Part shown: piece after piece, positions 9,227 to 19,036 of the stretch
Numbering within the stretch: the first letter of the stretch is position 1
Layout of the letters: every line of letters begins with the position of its first letter
Program-made: the position numbers and the translations under genes
Source of the DNA: Acetobacteraceae bacterium
Lineage (GTDB): Bacteria > Pseudomonadota > Alphaproteobacteria > Acetobacterales > Acetobacteraceae
Assembly: GCA_031291795.1 (NCBI GenBank)
Contig: JARLIJ010000021.1
Span: 12,751-76,750 of the forward strand
Reading direction: 5' to 3'
Length of the DNA stretch: 64,000 bases
The notes under the pieces: model-generated
What the model saw: the letters and a program-made list of their open reading frames with translations, nothing else
Told to the model about the DNA's origin: nothing
Database searches by the model: none

Positions 9227-9756
9227 GGCAGAAAGGGGACCTCGATCCGGGCGATGCGCGCCAGAATACGGGCCTCAAGGCCGGCGTATCCTTCGGGCTC
9301 ACCCTCGGCATTCCAGGCGGCGATCTCCGATTTTACCGCGGCGGTGATCATGCCACGCGCCACCTCGAAGCCATTCCGACGCAGAACCTGCTCCTGCTTC
9401 GCAACCGCCGTCTTCGGCACGTTCCCTGCAACATCCGTTCGACTGCCATCCGTCGTGGTACGGTCGGGTTCGGCGAGCAGTTCACGTGCTTTGTGGGACA
9501 GGGCAACGCGCGTTACAGCAAATGGTGGAGCCTCGTCGCGCTGGAGGTCGAGGAGCCCCGCCTGTCGCATCTGAAGCAATTCAGCTTCAGCCTTGAAACC
9601 CTGTTCGGAGACTGCGACACCGCCATGAACCGCAAGTTCCGCGCAGAAGGCCAGTCCTTTCGGGGAGGGTTCTTCCAATGGCACAGCTTCGGGGCGAGTG
9701 CTGGCGTGAGACAGATCCCGAGCCGACCTGGGCACCCAGCGACGCACAGATTGCAC
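9223..9756 (-). CDS. Hypothetical protein
   Basis: 177-aa ORF tightly packed between neighbours (2-nt gap upstream, ATGA overlap downstream). Confidence 0.6.
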   Translation of the reverse strand: MQSVRRWVPRSARDLSHASTRPEAVPLEEPSPKGLAFCAELAVHGGVAVSEQGFKAEAELLQMRQAGLLDLQRDEAPPFAVTRVALSHKARELLAEPDRTTTDGSRTDVAGNVPKTAVAKQEQVLRRNGFEVARGMITAAVKSEIAAWNAEGEPEGYAGLEARILARIARIEVPFLP

Positions 9757-9758
9757 GA

Positions 9759-10454
9759 CTAGATCCTATCCACCTCCGAATCGAGCGCCTCTGCAAGCCG
9801 CGACAGAAGCATGGCGTCGGCGGGAATGATGCGCTCGAACGATTCGACGAGGTCGAGCGCAGTCGTGAACACCAGACGAAAGATGGCGAGCGGGTCCAAC
9901 CCTTCGGCACTTTGGCCGAACAGGGACAATGCGGCATCCGGACCGTCTGTTTCGAATGTCTGACGCGCGCGGCTTGACAGATTCCGTAGCGTGGTCAGCG
10001 CGAACACCTCCATCTGATGCACCGTGCCAAGATCGTCGAATTCGGTTGGCAGATCAGGCGCGTTGACCACGGCAGCCAGCCGGCCGAGCGTCATGTCAAT
10101 CACGAGTGGGCGAATGCCAGCGAAGTCCTTGGGGGACAGCTCCAGCAGATACTCTTCATTTTCGGTCAGTTCCTCGCCCTGAGCCCGACGTTTCATCAAA
10201 GCATCGTGGAACGCGCATACCCAGAACGCGAGGCGGAGCCCCCCATCGCCAAGTTGGCTGCTCCCGCCCGCCGGTGCTGTCCTGGAGGTCGTTTCGGTGG
10301 ACGCGATTGTTGCCGCTTCCGCTTCCTGGGCCGCTGGGCTTTCAGTCTCAACGACACTCAACTGCGGTGCCCGTCGTCCAGTCCGTCCGCTGCCCATTTT
10401 GGGCCCATTCCTGCTTACCGCAGCAGAAATGACATCTTGCAGGCCGTTGTCCAT
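9759..10454 (-). CDS. Hypothetical acidic, helical protein
   Basis: SD GGAG before ATG 10454 (MDNGLQ); CCTTATAA -10-like element at 10575-10582. Confidence 0.7.
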   Translation of the reverse strand: MDNGLQDVISAAVSRNGPKMGSGRTGRRAPQLSVVETESPAAQEAEAATIASTETTSRTAPAGGSSQLGDGGLRLAFWVCAFHDALMKRRAQGEELTENEEYLLELSPKDFAGIRPLVIDMTLGRLAAVVNAPDLPTEFDDLGTVHQMEVFALTTLRNLSSRARQTFETDGPDAALSLFGQSAEGLDPLAIFRLVFTTALDLVESFERIIPADAMLLSRLAEALDSEVDRI

Positions 10455-10706
10455 TTTGTACTCCGGCTGGAATAGGCGGTCCATTCGAGGCATTCGGCCA
10501 GGCAAGCCGGCTTCCGACGTCCGGATGTCGCATGCCGTTTGCGGTCGTCAGACAGCCCCGTCTTCGTCAATGATTTATAAGGACGGGACGGCAGAAATCC
10601 ATGGAACCGGGTGTGCAATATTGTTGCGTGGATCGACGGCATGCATGTTGGCTCGAACGTGCCACGTGAAGCGTGCCTCGACCGTCTGGCCGGCGTGGTC
10701 CGCGGC

Positions 10707-11126
10707 CTAGCCTGTGCCCTCGCGACCAGTCCGTCGCCCCGCTGCCTCATCCATGACGCTCTGCTCTCGCCTGGCCTGCGTCAGCGCTGCCTCGGCCTGT
10801 TGCCGCTCCATGGCTTTTGCCACCGCCTCGGCTTCGGTCCTGCGGCCCACCAGGATCTGCTGCAGGCGAAGCACACGGGCCTGCTCGCTCTGCAGGGAAG
10901 TCTGCAGGTGGTCCGTGCGTTGCCGCGCGTATGGCAGCCACGCCGAGAAGGCGGCGACGTGCTCGGCACCCGCCTCGGATAGCTCTCGCCGTATCTGCGA
11001 CCGATGTTCGTCCAGCCGCTGCGCCTCCTGCATCTCGTGCGCCCGGGCAGTAGCCAGGTCTCGGCAGGCCTCGGTGACAGCGGCGTCCCGCAGCCGTCGC
11101 AGGACGGCCAAAGGGTCACGCGACAT
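10707..11126 (-). CDS. fliJ: Flagellar export protein FliJ
   Basis: Coiled coil ending RREQSVMDEAA; immediately downstream of fliI. Confidence 0.85.
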   Translation of the reverse strand: MSRDPLAVLRRLRDAAVTEACRDLATARAHEMQEAQRLDEHRSQIRRELSEAGAEHVAAFSAWLPYARQRTDHLQTSLQSEQARVLRLQQILVGRRTEAEAVAKAMERQQAEAALTQARREQSVMDEAAGRRTGREGTG

Positions 11127-11131
11127 GATGC

Positions 11132-12496
11132 CTATCCAGCAAGTGCAGCCTCCAGTTGGGCGAAGGTTTGATCGACCGAGCACGGCTGATCCTTCGGCTG
11201 GGACAAGAAACTCTCGATGCGAGGGGCCAGCCGAACCGCTTCATCCACCAGCGGATCCCCGCCCGACCTGTAGGCGCCAAGGCGCACCAGGTCCGCCATG
11301 TCCTGCCATGTCGCCAGGATCGCGCGTGCCTTGATCGCCAGCGCGTTCTCGGCTGGCTGATTGACCCCCGGCACCGTGCGCGAAAGCGATCGCAGCACGT
11401 CCACCGCCGGATAGCGTCCGCCCTCGCCAATACGCCGGTCCAGCACGACGTGACCGTCGAGGATACCACGTACCGAATCGGCAATGGGTTCGTTTTGATC
11501 GTCGCCTTCCACCAGCACGGTGAACAGACCGGTGATCATGCCGCCGCCGGGCATGCCTGGGCCCGCCCGTTCCAGCAGTCGTGGCAGTTCGGCAAAGACG
11601 CTGGGCGGATAGCCGCGCGTGGTCGGCGGCTCGCCGACCGACAGCCCGATCTCACGCAAGGCAAGGCAGAACCGCGTCAGGCTATCCATCATCAGCAGCA
11701 CCGATCTGCCCTGGTCCCGGAAATGCTCGGCGACGCAAGCGGCGGCATAGGCGCATTCGCGGCGCATCAGGGGCGGCTGGTCGGATGTCGCCACCACCAG
11801 CACCGATCGCGCCAAGCCCTCGGGCCCAAGATCATCTTCGATGAATTCGCGTAGTTCCCGCCCCCGCTCGCCGACCAGGGCGATCACCGCGACATCGCAG
11901 TCGGTATAACGCGCAAGCATCGACAGCAGTGTCGACTTCCCCACGCCGGATCCGGCGAACAAACCCAGCCGCTGCCCCTGGCGACACGTGACGAAACCGT
12001 TGAGTGCCTTGACCCCAAGATCGATCCGCGGCCCCAGGCGAGCCCGCAACGCGGCATTGGGCGGGGCTCTGCGCACCGGCGTGCTGCACTCCCCGGCGGG
12101 CAGAGGCCCCTTGCCATCCAGCGGACGACCGAGCGGGTCTATCACCCGGCCCAGCCAATGGTCTGACACCGCCAGGCGGGCCGGACCGCCGACCACGACA
12201 GGCGCGCCCGGCCCGATCCCGTCCAGCGCGCCAAACGTCATGGCGCGCGTAAGGCCATCATGGAACCCAATCGTCTCCGCCTGGACGCTCTCGCCGCTCC
12301 TGGGCGTGATCCAGAGTCGATCGCCGATCGACAGATGTCCCATCGTACCTTCCAGCTCCAGCGCCAATCCGGTGATTGCGCTCACCCGCCCGACGATCTC
12401 GAAGGGCCGTATATCGCGAAACCCGGAACGGGCCGCATCCAGACGGTGCGCAGTCGTCATGTGCATCGGCCGCACCGCCCCAAGTACGCCGCTCAT
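11132..12496 (-). CDS. fliI: Flagellar export ATPase FliI
   Basis: GQRLGLFAGSGVGKS Walker A, GERGRE, DSLTR, GYPPSVF, RGILDGH. Confidence 0.97.
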   Translation of the reverse strand: MSGVLGAVRPMHMTTAHRLDAARSGFRDIRPFEIVGRVSAITGLALELEGTMGHLSIGDRLWITPRSGESVQAETIGFHDGLTRAMTFGALDGIGPGAPVVVGGPARLAVSDHWLGRVIDPLGRPLDGKGPLPAGECSTPVRRAPPNAALRARLGPRIDLGVKALNGFVTCRQGQRLGLFAGSGVGKSTLLSMLARYTDCDVAVIALVGERGRELREFIEDDLGPEGLARSVLVVATSDQPPLMRRECAYAAACVAEHFRDQGRSVLLMMDSLTRFCLALREIGLSVGEPPTTRGYPPSVFAELPRLLERAGPGMPGGGMITGLFTVLVEGDDQNEPIADSVRGILDGHVVLDRRIGEGGRYPAVDVLRSLSRTVPGVNQPAENALAIKARAILATWQDMADLVRLGAYRSGGDPLVDEAVRLAPRIESFLSQPKDQPCSVDQTFAQLEAALAG

Positions 12497-13356
12497 GACG
12501 GAACCGCCGAATAGACCTGATACGCACCACTATAAGGCACAAACCTGTCCGATACGCCGAAGGTGGTCTCCGCCCCCCCGAGGTACAGCAGGCCGCCCGG
12601 CGCCAGGTGCGTCCAGATAGCGTCGAGTACCTTTCGCTTCGTCTGAATGTCAAAATAGATCAGTACGTTGCGACAGAACACCAGATCGAACGTGCCTAAC
12701 GGCCGCGTGTCATCCAGCAGGTTCCATCTGCGGAACTCGACCAGCTTGCGTACCGGTTCGACGACCTGCCAACCCAAATCCGTCCTGGAGAAATATTTGG
12801 CCAACTTTTGCGTGGGCATCCCTCGCTGCACCTCGAAATCCGAGTACAACCCCAGACGGGCACGGTTGATCTGCTCGACGGAGATGTCTGTGCCGAGGAT
12901 CTGAACGGGCCGGGCGCCAAGACCCGCCTCCAACACCGTTATGGCGATGGAATAGCATTCCTGCCCGGACGAGGCCGCGGCCGACCAGATGCGCAACGGT
13001 CGCGTGGGCGGGTGGGCGTTGTCCAGAATTGGCAAGTGCAGGCGAAGGTGCTCGAACGGTTTGCCATCGCGGAAGAACAATGTCTCGTTGGTCGTGATCG
13101 CCTCGACAATCTCGTCAGCCAACTCATCGTTCCGATCCGTCCGCAATCGTGCGGCGAGTTCGGCCAACCCCCTGTAGCGCCGGTTGCGCACGATCTGCTC
13201 CAGGCGACTCTCAACCAGATAAGCCTTGTCCGCGCCAAGCACGATGCCGGATCGCGCTCGTACGAGATCCGTGATTGTCAGGCAATCCGCGGGGGAGATT
13301 GCGTCGGATCCTCCAGCGATTCCCTCGCGTCTCAGAGGGCCGGCCGCTCCGCTCAT
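12493..13356 (-). CDS. cheR: Chemotaxis methyltransferase CheR
   Basis: TTNETLFFRD, IWSAAASSGQECYSIA, FCRNVLIYFD; start at ATGA overlap with cheB. Confidence 0.96.
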   Translation of the reverse strand: MSGAAGPLRREGIAGGSDAISPADCLTITDLVRARSGIVLGADKAYLVESRLEQIVRNRRYRGLAELAARLRTDRNDELADEIVEAITTNETLFFRDGKPFEHLRLHLPILDNAHPPTRPLRIWSAAASSGQECYSIAITVLEAGLGARPVQILGTDISVEQINRARLGLYSDFEVQRGMPTQKLAKYFSRTDLGWQVVEPVRKLVEFRRWNLLDDTRPLGTFDLVFCRNVLIYFDIQTKRKVLDAIWTHLAPGGLLYLGGAETTFGVSDRFVPYSGAYQVYSAVPS

Positions 13357-14543
13357 GCGCCTGTCCGGCCGACAAACTGAAGAAGTTTCGGAGCAAGCTC
13401 GTTCAGCGGCAGAACCGCATGGCAAAGGCCGGCCCGCGCCACTGCGCCCGGCATCCCCCAGACGATACTGCTTGCCTCGTCCTGCGCGATCACGGAACCA
13501 CCGTCTGCGACAACCTGCTTTGCCCCAAGCAGGCCGTCCTGCCCCATCCCCGTCAGCATCAGGACCATTACTCGGCCCGGATAGGCTGCGGACAGGCTGC
13601 GCAGCATCGGGTCGACAGCCGGACGGCAGAAGTTCTCAGGTGGATCATCTGTCAGGGCAATCGATACGCCGCCCTCACGTGCCACGACTGTCAGGTGGCG
13701 GTTCCCTGGGGCAAGATGCACATGACCGGGGCGCAGAGGTTCGCCATGCACCGCTTCACCGCACGTGGCCCCACCTAGCCGATGGATATGTTCCGCGAAC
13801 TGCTGGGTGAATGTTGGCGGCATGTGCTGGGTAAGCACGATCGGCACGGCGACCCGGCCGCCAAGCTCCTTGAACAGCGACAGCAGCGCCGCCGGTCCCC
13901 CCGTCGAGCTTCCGATTCCAAGCACGCTGGGCCGCCGCTGTGGCGCAGGCCGCAGCTGCAATGCCGCAGCAGCGGGTGAATGCGGCATCGGTGCTCGCGG
14001 GCCCACAGCGTGCCGCGCGCGATACGCGTGCGACTGCTTACCGAGCCCCAGCACCTTGGCGATCAGTTCGGCGCGAAACCCGTCCGATGTTGCAACCTCG
14101 GCCAGCGCTGTCGGCTTGGGGATGAAATCGGAGGCGCCAAGGCGCAAAGACTCAAGCGCATTTGCCCCGCCACTCGTCGTCGTCGTCGACGACATCAGGA
14201 CCTTCACCGCACGATCGGCCGCAAGCAGGCGCGGAAGGGCGACAAGCCCATCCATGACCGGCATCTCGATGTCCAGCACCACCACGTCGATGCCGCCAGC
14301 CCGCACCGCCTCGATGGCCTCAACGCCGTTCACCGCCTTGGCAACGACGCGGATGGACGGGACCGTACGCAGGAGCCGTTCAATGACCGAGCGGACCACA
14401 ACACTGTCGTCGCACACCAGCACGCCAATGGTTTCGGCCGCAACTACACCGGCTGCAGCGGGCATCATCACGTAACCCGGCGACTGGGTGGCGCGGCGAC
14501 ACCGAGGCGATGATGCCGAAGTATCGACGTTGTCATTTTGCAT
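13353..14543 (-). CDS. cheB: Chemotaxis response regulator methylesterase CheB
   Basis: REC (VCDDS, LDIEMP, KP) plus esterase motifs GSSTGG, QHMP, GMGQDG; exact start uncertain. Confidence 0.96.
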   Translation of the reverse strand: MQNDNVDTSASSPRCRRATQSPGYVMMPAAAGVVAAETIGVLVCDDSVVVRSVIERLLRTVPSIRVVAKAVNGVEAIEAVRAGGIDVVVLDIEMPVMDGLVALPRLLAADRAVKVLMSSTTTTSGGANALESLRLGASDFIPKPTALAEVATSDGFRAELIAKVLGLGKQSHAYRARHAVGPRAPMPHSPAAAALQLRPAPQRRPSVLGIGSSTGGPAALLSLFKELGGRVAVPIVLTQHMPPTFTQQFAEHIHRLGGATCGEAVHGEPLRPGHVHLAPGNRHLTVVAREGGVSIALTDDPPENFCRPAVDPMLRSLSAAYPGRVMVLMLTGMGQDGLLGAKQVVADGGSVIAQDEASSIVWGMPGAVARAGLCHAVLPLNELAPKLLQFVGRTGA

Positions 14544-14546
14544 ACC

Positions 14547-15029
14547 TTAGTTGATCGCCAGGATCCGCTCCGTGTTCAGCACCACCAGAAGCTCCGACTG
14601 CAAGCAGTGGATGCCGGTACTGAATTCGCGCCACGCCGCGGCGAGGGTCGGTGGGTTCGGCTCCAGTCGGCGCTCGTCGAATTCGATCACATCGCGGACG
14701 GAATCCACGACAAGACTGTACAGCTCGCCTTGTCGATCCACGACCACGCTCATTCCCGCCTGACCGTCGTCGCGCGGCGGCAGATTAAGCCGCCGGCGAA
14801 GATCGATCGCAGTCACGATGCGGCCTCGCAGATTCATGCTGCCAACGATCTCGGGCGGTGCAAGCGGGATACGCGTCATGTTGTGATTGACAATGATATC
14901 CCGGACGCTCAGCACCGGGATGCCGCAAAGTTGCCCGTGCACCGTCATGACCACGAACATCGAGCTGGCGGCCTGCTCGGCAACGCCGCGAGCAGATCGC
15001 TCGGCGACGACGGCGCCCCCGGGGATCAT
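14547..15029 (-). CDS. cheW: Chemotaxis adaptor CheW
   Basis: TRIPLAPPEIVGSMNLRGRIVTAIDLR. Confidence 0.96.
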   Translation of the reverse strand: MIPGGAVVAERSARGVAEQAASSMFVVMTVHGQLCGIPVLSVRDIIVNHNMTRIPLAPPEIVGSMNLRGRIVTAIDLRRRLNLPPRDDGQAGMSVVVDRQGELYSLVVDSVRDVIEFDERRLEPNPPTLAAAWREFSTGIHCLQSELLVVLNTERILAIN

Positions 15030-17710
15030 GCCCGGACGTCCTGGTCGGCCATCTGGCGTCTTGGCCTGCGGGCCACTCGTTCCGCGGACAATGCGGCGCC
15101 AACAGCCTCGATCATGGCCGTCTTGTCGAACTTCGAGAGGTAGTTGTCGAAACCTGCCTCCCTGCCGGCCTTGACGGCCTCCGGGGAATTGCTGCTGCTC
15201 AACGCCACGACCGGAAGTTTTGCCCAGGAGCCCTGGGCCCGGATTTCGCGCACGAATGCCAACCCGTCCATCTCCGGCATTTCGATGTCCGATAGAATGA
15301 CGTCGAACATCTTGCCGGCATCCCGCATCTCCAGCGCCGCCATCGGGTTGTCAACCGCCGTGACGTGGAAGCCTGCCGCCGACAGCGCCGGGATGATCAG
15401 GCTCCGGAAGAAGGCACTGTCTTCCACTATCAGCAACTGCGGTTCGGTACGGCTTGCACGATTGGCGCCGAACCAGTCCTTGAATGCCTGCTGCAGCCAG
15501 AAACTTGTATCGAGGACGTCCGTCGCCCGGCCAGCCACAATGGCGGTGCCCAGGAAGCCAGGCCGATCGGTGGAGAGTTCCACCTGCAAATGATCTTCGA
15601 CCACATCCTGGATTTCGTCGACCATCAGGCCCATGGCGCGGTTGCCATCGGCAAACACCAGCACTGGCTGCGGGTCCGGTTGCGCCCCGCCGCCAGCGGA
15701 GGGACCCACGCCGACAAGCGGCATCAGCTTGCCGCGATACTGCATCACCAACTGCCCACCCGAATATTCGATCTTTGCACGCTCGACAGTTTCGAGCCTG
15801 GAGACCTGGTTCAACGGCACTGCCTTGCTCTGAGCGTCGCCCATCTTGAACAGCAACAACGCCATCTTCTGCGTTGAACTCTGCGTATCGGACACGACCA
15901 CCTCATCGGCGTCGGCCCCCGCCAGCCCGATGCCAATTCCGGTGGCGCGGGCGATGCCGTTTGGATCCAGAATCACGATGACGGAACCATCGCCCAGGAT
16001 CGTGTTGCCGCTGAACAACGGGATGTGTCGCAGGATCGGTGCAACCGGTTTGACAACGATTTCCTCTGTGTCGAACACCCGGTCCACGATCAACCCAAAG
16101 CGACTCGCGCCGACCTGAACCACCGCAATGTAGAGGCTTTCCGCCGTGATCTCGGCCCCCCCCTGTTGCGGGCCACGCTCGCGCAGCTTCAGCAGGTCAC
16201 TCAGATCGACCAATGCCAGCAAGTGGCCCCGCAGTCGCAGCACAGGAGCCTCGTTGATCAACTCGATCATCGTGTCGGACGCGCGTCCGTCGGTCGGCAC
16301 TCCGGCAGATCGCGATGTCTGGGCGCGCACCAGTTCCACCACGTTGATTTGCGGGATGGCATAGCGTTCGCCGCTGACCTCGACGATCAACGCAGAAACG
16401 ATCGCAAGCGTCAGAGGGATCTTCACCGTGAAGGTTGTCCCGGCCCCCTCCACGCTCGTTACGTCGACCGTGCCGCCAATGCGTTCAATGTTGGTTTTGA
16501 CGACGTCCATGCCGACGCCGCGGCCGGACACGGACGTGACAGCCGACGCCGTCGAGAACCCGGCACGGAAGATGAACGCCTGGATCTGCTGGTCGGTCAG
16601 GCTGGCAATTTCGGCCTCGGTCGCCAGCCCGTTTGCGATGATCTTGTTCCGGATTCGTTCAACGGGCAGGCCACGCCCGTCGTCGTCGACCCGGATGACG
16701 ATATGCCCACCTTCGTGGAACGCGCTCAGCCGGATGCGACCCTGCTCCGGCTTGCCGGCCGCCCGCCGGTCAGCTGGGCTTTCCAGCCCATGGTCCGCAC
16801 TGTTGCGCACCATATGGGTCAGCGGGTCCTTGATAAGCTCCAGGATCTGGCGATCCAGCTCGGTCTCCGCCCCAAGCGCAACCAGTTCGATATTCTTGTC
16901 GAGTTCCCGCGCCAGATCGCGCACCAGCCGAGGAAGATTGTTCCAGGCGTTACCAATTGGTTGCATCCGCGTCTTCATCACGCCCTCCTGCAGGTCGGAG
17001 GTGATGTGAGACAGGCGCTGCAGCGGCGCGGCGAACGTATTGCTGTCCTGTGTCCTGGCAAGCTGAAGGATCTGGTTGCGCGTGAGCACAAGCTCACTCA
17101 CCAGGGTCATGAGCCCTTCCAGTACGTCCACGTTGACGCGGACCGTCTGAACCGCAGGCTCGACCGCAGCTGAGGCCGCCGTTTCCACGCGCTGCGCCGG
17201 AACGGGCGGCGTGGGTGCCGCTTCGACCGGCCTGGGCGAAGCCGGAGCCACGGGGGCGGCCTGCGTCGTGGCCATGACCGGCGTCGCCACATCCGGGTCG
17301 CTGGCGGCCGCCGGCGTTGCTGCAGCGCCAACTTTCCCTGCCGCTGCCGCAATCAGTTCGGCGATCAGCGGGGCATCGTCCCCGTCCGGTTCCTTGCCGG
17401 TCTGGCGAAGCCCGTCGACAATGGCCCGTATGCCGTCCAGCGCCCGCAAAATCAGGGTGATCGAGGCGGCGGTCACGGCAATCGCGCCATTGCGGTGCTG
17501 GTCCAGGACACTTTCAGTGGCGTGGGCAACCTTCTCGAGCCTTGCCAGGCCCAGGAAGCCGCATGTCCCCTTGATCGTATGGATACTGCGAAAGATCGAA
17601 GACAGAGTCGGTTTGTCGTCCGGCTGACTCTCGAGCTGGATCAGCTCGATATCCAGCTTTTCCAGACTCTCAGATGTCTCCGCAAGGAAATCTGGTAACA
17701 GGTCTTCCAT
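15026..17710 (-). CDS. cheA: Hybrid chemotaxis histidine kinase CheA (Hpt-dimer-HATPase-2xCheW-REC)
   Basis: FRSIHTIKG Hpt, HMVRNSADHG, GFSTA...SGRGVGMDVV, two CheW-like domains, C-terminal REC (EDS, SDIEMP, K). Confidence 0.96.
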   Translation of the reverse strand: MEDLLPDFLAETSESLEKLDIELIQLESQPDDKPTLSSIFRSIHTIKGTCGFLGLARLEKVAHATESVLDQHRNGAIAVTAASITLILRALDGIRAIVDGLRQTGKEPDGDDAPLIAELIAAAAGKVGAAATPAAASDPDVATPVMATTQAAPVAPASPRPVEAAPTPPVPAQRVETAASAAVEPAVQTVRVNVDVLEGLMTLVSELVLTRNQILQLARTQDSNTFAAPLQRLSHITSDLQEGVMKTRMQPIGNAWNNLPRLVRDLARELDKNIELVALGAETELDRQILELIKDPLTHMVRNSADHGLESPADRRAAGKPEQGRIRLSAFHEGGHIVIRVDDDGRGLPVERIRNKIIANGLATEAEIASLTDQQIQAFIFRAGFSTASAVTSVSGRGVGMDVVKTNIERIGGTVDVTSVEGAGTTFTVKIPLTLAIVSALIVEVSGERYAIPQINVVELVRAQTSRSAGVPTDGRASDTMIELINEAPVLRLRGHLLALVDLSDLLKLRERGPQQGGAEITAESLYIAVVQVGASRFGLIVDRVFDTEEIVVKPVAPILRHIPLFSGNTILGDGSVIVILDPNGIARATGIGIGLAGADADEVVVSDTQSSTQKMALLLFKMGDAQSKAVPLNQVSRLETVERAKIEYSGGQLVMQYRGKLMPLVGVGPSAGGGAQPDPQPVLVFADGNRAMGLMVDEIQDVVEDHLQVELSTDRPGFLGTAIVAGRATDVLDTSFWLQQAFKDWFGANRASRTEPQLLIVEDSAFFRSLIIPALSAAGFHVTAVDNPMAALEMRDAGKMFDVILSDIEMPEMDGLAFVREIRAQGSWAKLPVVALSSSNSPEAVKAGREAGFDNYLSKFDKTAMIEAVGAALSAERVARRPRRQMADQDVRA

Positions 17711-17838
17711 TCCAAGCTCCAACCGGGCCACCGAGGATTATGGGCGGTTATGTTGGATATAAGACGGCCAGATTTTTTCGGACGCATATATCTCCAACTA
17801 GGCGTTTTTCCGTACGTGTACGACATCGGAGCAGGACT

Positions 17839-19002
17839 GTGGCCGGCAATCCAACGCGGGGCAATCGCAGCAAGGCCCCCGTGACAATCATCATTCGTCA
17901 CGACGAGGGCGAGGAGGCAGCACATCACGGCGGGGCATGGAAGGTTGCCTACGCCGATTTCGTTACCGCGATGATGGCATTCTTCATGCTGATGTGGCTG
18001 CTGAACGCGACGACGGAAGTGCAGCGCACCGGCCTTGCCGACTATTTCGCACCAACCAACCTGTTCGGCAGGTCAACCAGCGGGTCCGGCCAGCCCTTCG
18101 GGGGCAAGACCCCGAATGACACGGGCACCAGCGTGTCCTCCGACGGCATGCCGAAGGTCATGACAGGCTATCACTCGCCCCAACAGGATGCGGGCGACGA
18201 CGTTGTGCCGGTGGCACCGCCGGCACCGGCTGACGAGGCGAAGGATGATGCCACCGACCCGGGTCAGACGTCGCAGGATGGCGCGAAGGCAGGTGCCGCG
18301 CTCCAGCCGGGCCAGGGCCAGCAGTCGGTCGTCCGAGGGGGCGACTTTCCAGAAGTCCGGTTGACGCCCGCACCGGGCCCGGAGACCACGGCGGACGCAC
18401 CGGCGACGGATGTGGTGCATCGCGAGGCTGCTGCCATCCAGAGCGATGCCCAACGCGAGCAGGTCGCGTTGGACCAGGCCGGCGCGCAGTTGCTTGCAGC
18501 CATTCGCCGCGATCCCGCGCTGCAGGACGCCATGGGTCAGATCATCGTCGACAGCGTGCCGGAAGGCCTGCGCATTCAGGTCGTGGATGCCGAGCGTCGG
18601 CCAATGTTCGCGCTGGGCAGCGCAATCCCCACTCCGCGGATCAAGGATCTGATGCAGAAGGTCGTACCAGCGCTTGCCGGCCTGCCGAACGCGATCTCGA
18701 TCGCCGGCCATACGGATTCGTACACTTTCCGTGGGCAGGACAAAGGCAACTGGGAGTTGTCGTCTGACCGGGCGAATGCAACCCGCAGGACCCTTGTGGA
18801 CGCCGGCCTGTCAGATGATCGGATCAGGAGCGTCACGGGCAACGCCGACCGCGATCTGCTGGTGCCTGCCGATCCGTACAATCCGGCCAACCGCCGTATC
18901 ACGATCATCGTGCTGCGCCACGCCGGTGGGGAGCAACCGGCCGCACAGGCGAAGCCAAACCGCCTGACAGCCGCGGCGTCGGCCACGCGGTTGACGCAAT
19001 GA
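17839..19002 (+). CDS. motB: Flagellar motor stator MotB
   Basis: HHGGAWKVAYADFVTAMMAFF with the conserved Asp; OmpA-like GHTDS, NWELSSDRAN, NRRI; GTG start after GGAGCAGGA. Confidence 0.95.
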   Translation: MAGNPTRGNRSKAPVTIIIRHDEGEEAAHHGGAWKVAYADFVTAMMAFFMLMWLLNATTEVQRTGLADYFAPTNLFGRSTSGSGQPFGGKTPNDTGTSVSSDGMPKVMTGYHSPQQDAGDDVVPVAPPAPADEAKDDATDPGQTSQDGAKAGAALQPGQGQQSVVRGGDFPEVRLTPAPGPETTADAPATDVVHREAAAIQSDAQREQVALDQAGAQLLAAIRRDPALQDAMGQIIVDSVPEGLRIQVVDAERRPMFALGSAIPTPRIKDLMQKVVPALAGLPNAISIAGHTDSYTFRGQDKGNWELSSDRANATRRTLVDAGLSDDRIRSVTGNADRDLLVPADPYNPANRRITIIVLRHAGGEQPAAQAKPNRLTAAASATRLTQ

Positions 19003-19036
19003 CAGGGCGAGCCATTCGGATCAGCGAGGCCGCGTT

